This document shows, one piece after another, positions 59,560-64,000 of a stretch of DNA of 64,000 bases. Position 1 is the first letter of the stretch. Every line of letters starts with the position of its first letter. The stretch covers positions 64,001 through 128,000 of the IMG/VR virus record IMGVR_UViG_3300028048_000002; one strand, given 5' to 3'. The DNA comes from a virus. Lineage: Duplodnaviria; Caudoviricetes. The notes beneath the pieces are model-generated. The model was given only the letters and a program-made list of their open reading frames with translations. It was not told where the DNA came from and did not search any database. The translations under genes and the position numbers were made by a program.

Positions 59560-60243
59560 TTAAAAATCTACTTTATCTTCAGATGCAATATCGCTTTCAA
59601 GAGAAGATTCTAGAATATCAGGCATTTCAGAAACTTGAGTAAGCTTTCTAGGTGAAAGCTTATATTCAGGCATAGAATCTACATCTACCGAAGCGTTAGA
59701 ACTAGTAGCACTGAGATGCTCATTATAATCTTGAGAAGTCCAATCTTTACAGATAGAATTGTAGTATTCAGGAAACTCTACATCCAACTTGCTCAAAATA
59801 CCTTCATAATCTAACACATTATTCTTACCAATAGCTTGAATACTGTATCTAGTATTAATATCACCTGCAGCCCCATGTCTAGTGATTCTAAATACAAATT
59901 CAGAGGGATTAGGAAACTTAGAAAATACATCATTTTCTAATTGCTGCTGGAACCTGATAGACCTATCCCAAAATAAAATAGTATTTGATTCAATTACATA
60001 TAAAGGAATAAAGAGTTTTGGCTGAACTCGAATATTACGTTCACATGCAGGGCAAGATCGTGACCCTAAACATTGAACATATCCTGAATGATTTTCAGAT
60101 TTGATATAATGAGTATCACACATAAGCACATCTTGAATACTCTTGTACATGAAAATTACATCAGCACTATCTCCATCATTCTTCAGTAGAAACATTCCGG
60201 AATACCGCTCATTATTATATTCAGTAATCGATTTAAATGCCAT
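59560..60243 (-). CDS. Single-stranded DNA-binding protein (gp32-like)
   Basis: FLLKNDGDSA, H..C..CPAC zinc motif, FRITRHG..TRYS, acidic tail ending DF. Confidence 0.7.
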   Translation of the reverse strand: MAFKSITEYNNERYSGMFLLKNDGDSADVIFMYKSIQDVLMCDTHYIKSENHSGYVQCLGSRSCPACERNIRVQPKLFIPLYVIESNTILFWDRSIRFQQQLENDVFSKFPNPSEFVFRITRHGAAGDINTRYSIQAIGKNNVLDYEGILSKLDVEFPEYYNSICKDWTSQDYNEHLSATSSNASVDVDSMPEYKLSPRKLTQVSEMPDILESSLESDIASEDKVDF

Positions 60244-60302
60244 ATTATTTACCTCCTGTATTCTTGACATTTAACGGCGTCAAAAGATATTAACGATATT
60301 AA

Positions 60303-60758
60303 TTAAAATTCTTTTCTCCAAGTTACATAAGAACTTGCAGTTTCTCTAAGTTTTGTTTCTTTCAAATGAACATCTGAATAATTAGATTCAATAAAAGAAT
60401 CAACTACCTGAGAAATATGCTTTAAGATATTTTCTACAGACACAGAACCTCGTATTGGGTAACAACTTACATTACATGCGTTAAAGGCTGTAGTAACTAA
60501 AACTTGTTTTTGATCATTTACATCGTATAAAAATTGACCCTCAGGAGAAGCTTCCTTTAAAATTTTCTTAAAAATTTTGAAATCAATCAATTTATTTGAA
60601 GTATTATCAGGAAGACCTTGAACAGTAGCTTCGAGTTTATACTGATATGCATTTAATCTATATTTCTCAGATCCAGTATTATCTATATATTTATCTAAGT
60701 AACAGCAAGAAAACTCAGTTCTTTGAGTTACTTCTAAGGCAGCATCAGATTTTTGCAT
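60303..60758 (-). CDS. QueD/PTPS-fold protein lacking the metal-binding histidines
   Basis: TEFSCCYL, LNAYQYKLEATVQG, LIDFKIFK, SVENI, LRETASSYV follow the QueD layout. Confidence 0.55.
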   Translation of the reverse strand: MQKSDAALEVTQRTEFSCCYLDKYIDNTGSEKYRLNAYQYKLEATVQGLPDNTSNKLIDFKIFKKILKEASPEGQFLYDVNDQKQVLVTTAFNACNVSCYPIRGSVSVENILKHISQVVDSFIESNYSDVHLKETKLRETASSYVTWRKEF

Positions 60759-60796
60759 TTATATCTCCTAAATCATTACACAAAAAGATGCTAGAG

Positions 60797-60878
60797 TCCG
60801 GGTGGAGGGATTCGAACCCTCATGCTCAAAGAGCGGCAGATTTTGAGTCTGCGATGTATGCCGTTCCATCACACCCGG
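60797..60878 (-). tRNA. tRNA-Leu(CAA), no encoded CCA
   Basis: Anticodon arm GCAGA-CTCAAAA-TCTGC, long variable arm, GGTTCGAATCC. Confidence 0.85.
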
Positions 60879-60899
60879 ATTCTAGCATCTCTTTAAATT

Positions 60900-60973
60900 T
60901 GGAGCAGATGACGAGAATCGAACTCGCATCTAAAGCTTGGAAGGCTTCTATTCTACCATTGAACTACATCTGC
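60900..60973 (-). tRNA. tRNA-Gly(TCC)
   Basis: Cloverleaf, loop CTTCCAA, CCA end. Confidence 0.9.
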
Positions 60974-60974
60974 T

Positions 60975-61050
60975 TGGTAGGGGATGAAAGAATCGAACTT
61001 TCAACATACGGGTTATGAGCCCGGTGTTCTAACCATTGAACTAATCCCCC
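60975..61050 (-). tRNA. tRNA with CAT anticodon (Met or Ile2)
   Basis: Cloverleaf, loop CTCATAA, CCA end. Confidence 0.85.
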
Positions 61051-61061
61051 TCTTATAATAT

Positions 61062-61141
61062 ATCACCTTTTGATTTAAACAAATACATTGCAGAAATTTA
61101 TTTAAATCTTTAACGGACTAGCAGAATTTACCGAGGGTGAT
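61062..61141 (-). ncRNA. Unassigned three-way-junction RNA, copy A
   Basis: ATCACC-CT-CGGTAA..AGTCCG-TTAAA-[13-bp stem]-AAAA-GGTGAT; homologous to 63279..63347. Confidence 0.6.
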
Positions 61142-61191
61142 TATATCCGCTATGTAATATCTTAGTATATTATAACGATGCAAGATAGCTA

Positions 61192-61270
61192 CTAAGGAAA
61201 TACTTACGCTAGCAAAGCTGACTGAAAACAAAATTAATCTATCTGATGCAACTAGCGTATCATCACTTAG
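61192..61270 (-). ncRNA. Y RNA-like element 1
   Basis: CTAAG-TGATGA-TACGCTAG-TTGCATC...CTAGCGTA-AGTATTTC-CTTAG; motif repeated four times around the TROVE gene. Confidence 0.65.
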
Positions 61271-61343
61271 TATTTATTATATTTTCAAGGTTAATCATAT
61301 ACGTATTAACGAATAGATTATAAATTTATATAAATAAACTAGC

Positions 61344-61479
61344 TTGAGGAAACACTTAAATCAGCATTACAATAAGCGCTCTTCCAGACCTGAGCTAATG
61401 AGCACATTCATGCCTATACAGGATTCGAACCTGTGACCTCTCGATTTCCATTCGATGCAACTGATTTATCATCACTCAA
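61344..61479 (-). ncRNA. YrlA-type Y RNA with permuted tRNA-like domain
   Basis: Same terminal module enclosing T arm (CAGGTTCGAATCCTG), a closed acceptor-like stem, then D arm (TAGCTCAG..GGAAGAGC). Confidence 0.75.
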
Positions 61480-61495
61480 ACAACTTATTTAATTA

Positions 61496-62971
61496 TCAAT
61501 ATACGTAATATCTTACTATATCTAATAACGATTTTGTTTCATCCTCTTGAATTTCAATTATCTTAAACACAACATCTGTAAGTGCTGTGATATATGAAAT
61601 ATCAGATCGCGTTGAAACAACTTGACTATGATAGTTTCCAAGGTCAAAGCTATAAATGTGAGAGGGTCCGTAGTTATCTACATATTTCCTCCATAAGCTG
61701 TTTGCAGACCTGCTACTATCTGCGTAGTACGACCATCGACTACCATCCATAACTTGCATATCTGAAAACAAGAATACTCTGTCATAATGCTTATCTAACA
61801 TATTGAATACTGTTGAAATTTCAGTACCATATCCAAGACCCTCGTTTTTTGCAAGCATTGAAATTAACTTAAATTGATTGCCTGCTGTAAACGTATCTTT
61901 TTTCCACTTCTTAGCCTTCGTCCCAAATTTAATAAAATCAACATTAGACCTAAATCCAGAAACTAAGAATGCAGAAGCATAAACTGCACACAATTCTTTA
62001 ATCGTCAAAGAACTGTTCTGGCTAAATCGAGAATCCATAGACCCGGAAACATCAAGGACTACAAGTGTATTCCCGTCAAGATACGGCATATTTCCTGTGG
62101 AAATCTCAAACGCTTCTGACAATGCTGTCTCAACATAGAGCCCAATTCCTTCTTGGTTAAGCGTCTTCCAAGCAGTGTAAATTTGAAGCGGCCAAACTAG
62201 TGATTTCTTGATTGCAGCCTCATTTATAATTTGAGGGACAAGGTTCTCTTTGATCCAAGAACTGGAAGCAAAAGAACATTTGCAGATATTACGAAGATTT
62301 CTGAGAAGTGCAAGATACCCGAGCTTTTTCTCTTCAACCAAACGCTTCCATTCTGATTCTTTTTCTTCCACTGATTTCGCTGAAGAAATTTTTACTTCCC
62401 AAGTATCCGGAGTCTCTAAGGTTCCTTTCTGATATTGATCTATTGCATCAGATTTTGCATGAGTGATATTGATGATATCATGCATGTTATATTTATGATT
62501 TCGCATAGGATATTTGCCAATTTGATAGGCTGAGAGCGAACTGAGGTAATCCGCAACCCCTCGGATTAAAGCATGAGAACGCTTACCACCGAGATGATCT
62601 ACAGCAGCAAATACTTCACCTACACCATCAGGTCGATGAAAATACTTAGCATAAAAATTGCGCTTATCTTTCCACTGGACGCCATTGAGTATAGCGGCAG
62701 TAAGCTCAGAAATTGAACGCATTCCAAGTTCATTACGTGCATATACAGCAGCTGTACCTATGAGCTCTGGAGAATATTTAGAAATCATTTGGTTAGTCAA
62801 ATCTACAAACCTAGATTCTTGTTCCTCAGCTGACTCGTAGAATCGAGGTTGAAGAATTGAAGAAAAGATTGCGTTACTCCATTCATCCTCTAGATACTTT
62901 GAGTATGCTACTCCTCCCTCAAAAGTAGCAGTTTTCCGAACGTTGATGTTCTTTTCATTGAACTTGCTCAT
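61496..62971 (-). CDS. TROVE-domain / Ro60 (Rsr) RNA-binding protein with vWA domain
   Basis: TFEGGVAY, YARNELGMRS, TPDTWE, LGYLALLRNLRN, VLDVSGSM (MIDAS), GYGT, FSDMQ. Confidence 0.9.
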   Translation of the reverse strand: MSKFNEKNINVRKTATFEGGVAYSKYLEDEWSNAIFSSILQPRFYESAEEQESRFVDLTNQMISKYSPELIGTAAVYARNELGMRSISELTAAILNGVQWKDKRNFYAKYFHRPDGVGEVFAAVDHLGGKRSHALIRGVADYLSSLSAYQIGKYPMRNHKYNMHDIINITHAKSDAIDQYQKGTLETPDTWEVKISSAKSVEEKESEWKRLVEEKKLGYLALLRNLRNICKCSFASSSWIKENLVPQIINEAAIKKSLVWPLQIYTAWKTLNQEGIGLYVETALSEAFEISTGNMPYLDGNTLVVLDVSGSMDSRFSQNSSLTIKELCAVYASAFLVSGFRSNVDFIKFGTKAKKWKKDTFTAGNQFKLISMLAKNEGLGYGTEISTVFNMLDKHYDRVFLFSDMQVMDGSRWSYYADSSRSANSLWRKYVDNYGPSHIYSFDLGNYHSQVVSTRSDISYITALTDVVFKIIEIQEDETKSLLDIVRYYVY

Positions 62972-62984
62972 TGCAATCACTCCT

Positions 62985-63049
62985 TACAAGGAAACTTATG
63001 TAGAAAGTAGCTTCTCCTATACGATGTAACTCTCTACTCATCACTTGCA
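62985..63049 (-). ncRNA. Y RNA-like element 3, abutting the Ro60 RBS
   Basis: GCAAG-TGATGA-GTAGAGAG-TTACATC...CTTTCTAC-ATAAGTTTC-CTTGT then AAGGAG. Confidence 0.65.
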
Positions 63050-63060
63050 TCAATGGAAAT

Positions 63061-63146
63061 TTAGATGCTGGAAATAACTTAATCAGATAAAGTAGCATAA
63101 TTTCAAGTTATCTATGAAGTAACTGATCAATCATCACAGCATCTAA
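63061..63146 (-). ncRNA. Y RNA-like element 4
   Basis: TTAGATGCTG-TGATGA-TTGATCAG-TTACTTC...CTGATTAA-GTTATTTC-CAGCATCTAA. Confidence 0.65.
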
Positions 63147-63196
63147 TTTCTATATGTATATAATATAACGAACTTTAAATTTCGATATAAATCTAT

Positions 63197-63270
63197 TGGC
63201 TGCGCGACCAGGATTCGAACCTGGATAGCTGGAACCAAAATCCAGAGTCCTGCCGTTGGACGATCGCGCA
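63197..63270 (-). tRNA. tRNA-Gln(TTG)
   Basis: CTGGA-TTTTGGT-TCCAG anticodon arm, CCA end. Confidence 0.9.
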
Positions 63271-63278
63271 GCATTATT

Positions 63279-63347
63279 TATGCCTTTTGCAATAGCTACC
63301 GAAGCAACTAAGCTTTAACAGACTCTCCGAAGATTACTGAGGGCATA
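63279..63347 (-). ncRNA. Unassigned three-way-junction RNA, copy B
   Basis: TATGCC-CT-CAGTAA-TCTTCGGAG-AGTCTG-TTAAA-[stem, cUUCGg]-AAAA-GGCATA. Confidence 0.6.
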
Positions 63348-63361
63348 TACTGAATAACTAT

Positions 63362-63435
63362 TGGAGCCGATAGCAGGAATCGAACCCGCATATACGCATT
63401 ACAAGTGCGTTGTTCTACCATTAAACTATATCGGC
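63362..63435 (-). tRNA. tRNA-Thr(TGT)
   Basis: ACGCA-CTTGTAA-TGCGT, CCA end. Confidence 0.9.
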
Positions 63436-63436
63436 C

Positions 63437-63525
63437 TGGCGGAGGATGTAGGATTCGAACCTACGGAGGCTATTAACCTCGACAGTTTTCAAGACTGCTT
63501 CCTTAGACCTCTCGGACAATCCTCC
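63437..63525 (-). tRNA. tRNA-Ser(TGA)
   Basis: GCAGT-CTTGAAA-ACTGT, long variable arm, GCCA end. Confidence 0.9.
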
Positions 63526-63589
63526 ATATTAAAGAACTCCATGTATACTCCAAATCTATAATTAATACAGAAATAATCTGCTAACTATC

Positions 63590-63665
63590 TGGTGGATCCG
63601 GTGGGACTCGAACCCACGGTCTCGAGATTAAAAGTCTCTTGCTTTTCCATCTAAGCTACGGATCC
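63590..63665 (-). tRNA. tRNA-Lys(TTT)
   Basis: GGATCCG/CGGATCC acceptor stem, loop CTTTTAA, CCA end. Confidence 0.9.
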
Positions 63666-63668
63666 AAC

Positions 63669-63743
63669 TGGTGCCCCTTGTAGGACTCGAACTCACGGTC
63701 TTAGTATTAAAAGTCCTTTCTTTGCCAACTAAGCTACGGAGTC
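63669..63743 (-). pseudogene. Degenerate tRNA-Lys(TTT)
   Basis: Similar to the adjacent tRNA-Lys but acceptor, anticodon and T stems mispaired; CCA retained. Confidence 0.6.
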
Positions 63744-63773
63744 TTTTCAACTATCTTATAAATATGTAACAAA

Positions 63774-64000
63774 TTACTTTTTCATCCAATTGTAAGTTCT
63801 ACCTCGTCTAAATCCTTCAGGAATTTTATCGTTCTTATTTATCTTCTTATTCACATCCCCATTAGTTATCCAAATTGTTCCATATTGGGAATTTGAAGCA
63901 TCTAAAGCTTTTAACGAATTCAAACGATTTTCTTCTTTTTTAGTTTCTAATAATTTGTGCATATCTATACGTGGCTGCACATTTAAATTTTCAAGCTTTT
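63774..64000 (-). CDS. C-terminus of a probable homing endonuclease (partial)
   Basis: GTIWITNG..NKKI..IPEGFRRGR DNA-binding tail; frame open to window end. Confidence 0.55.
   Translation of the reverse strand, partial: KLENLNVQPRIDMHKLLETKKEENRLNSLKALDASNSQYGTIWITNGDVNKKINKNDKIPEGFRRGRTYNWMKK

Noticed and set aside
61062-63347. Three-way-junction RNA as an FMN riboswitch, hammerhead, twister or HDV-like ribozyme
   Set aside because: Only the GUAA/AGUC hairpin resembles FMN riboswitch arms; the other conserved cores are not recognisable by eye, so it is left unassigned
60647-63561. Plus-strand ORFs 60647..61018 and 63361..63561
   Set aside because: Antisense to tRNA genes

Overview
This is a 64 kb segment of an AT-rich (roughly one-third GC by eye) large myovirus-type phage, almost all encoded on the minus strand. 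Read right to left in transcription order, it has four parts. (1) A tRNA/ncRNA island (60.8-63.7 kb) with 7 intact tRNAs, a degenerate tRNA-Lys, a TROVE/Ro60 gene flanked by four Y-RNA-like elements, and two copies of an unrecognised three-way-junction RNA. (2) A replication module: SSB, intein-containing PolA, DnaN-like clamp, Cas4-like nuclease, intein-containing DnaX, RecA, resolvase, HolA/HolB-like subunits, a DpdA/TGT-like protein and a His-less QueD-like protein. (3) A packaging/morphogenesis module: terminase, a catalytically degenerate NAD-ligase homologue, portal, neck, tail terminator, sheath, tube and fibres. (4) A ~24 kb accessory region (5.4-29.7 kb) where about 25 intact and 5 decayed genes, mostly unrelated, start with the same peptide MK(R/K/I/L)Y(I/V)(K/R)(A/S)(A/S). 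I infer this peptide is a capsid-targeting/protease-cleavage leader analogous to the T4 internal-protein CTS, marking a rapidly turning-over set of packaged cargo proteins, seven of which carry a variable 26-aa repeat. GC-rich patches in fibre and Lar genes suggest gene flow from a high-GC host. All product calls come from motif recognition by eye; no database searches were run.
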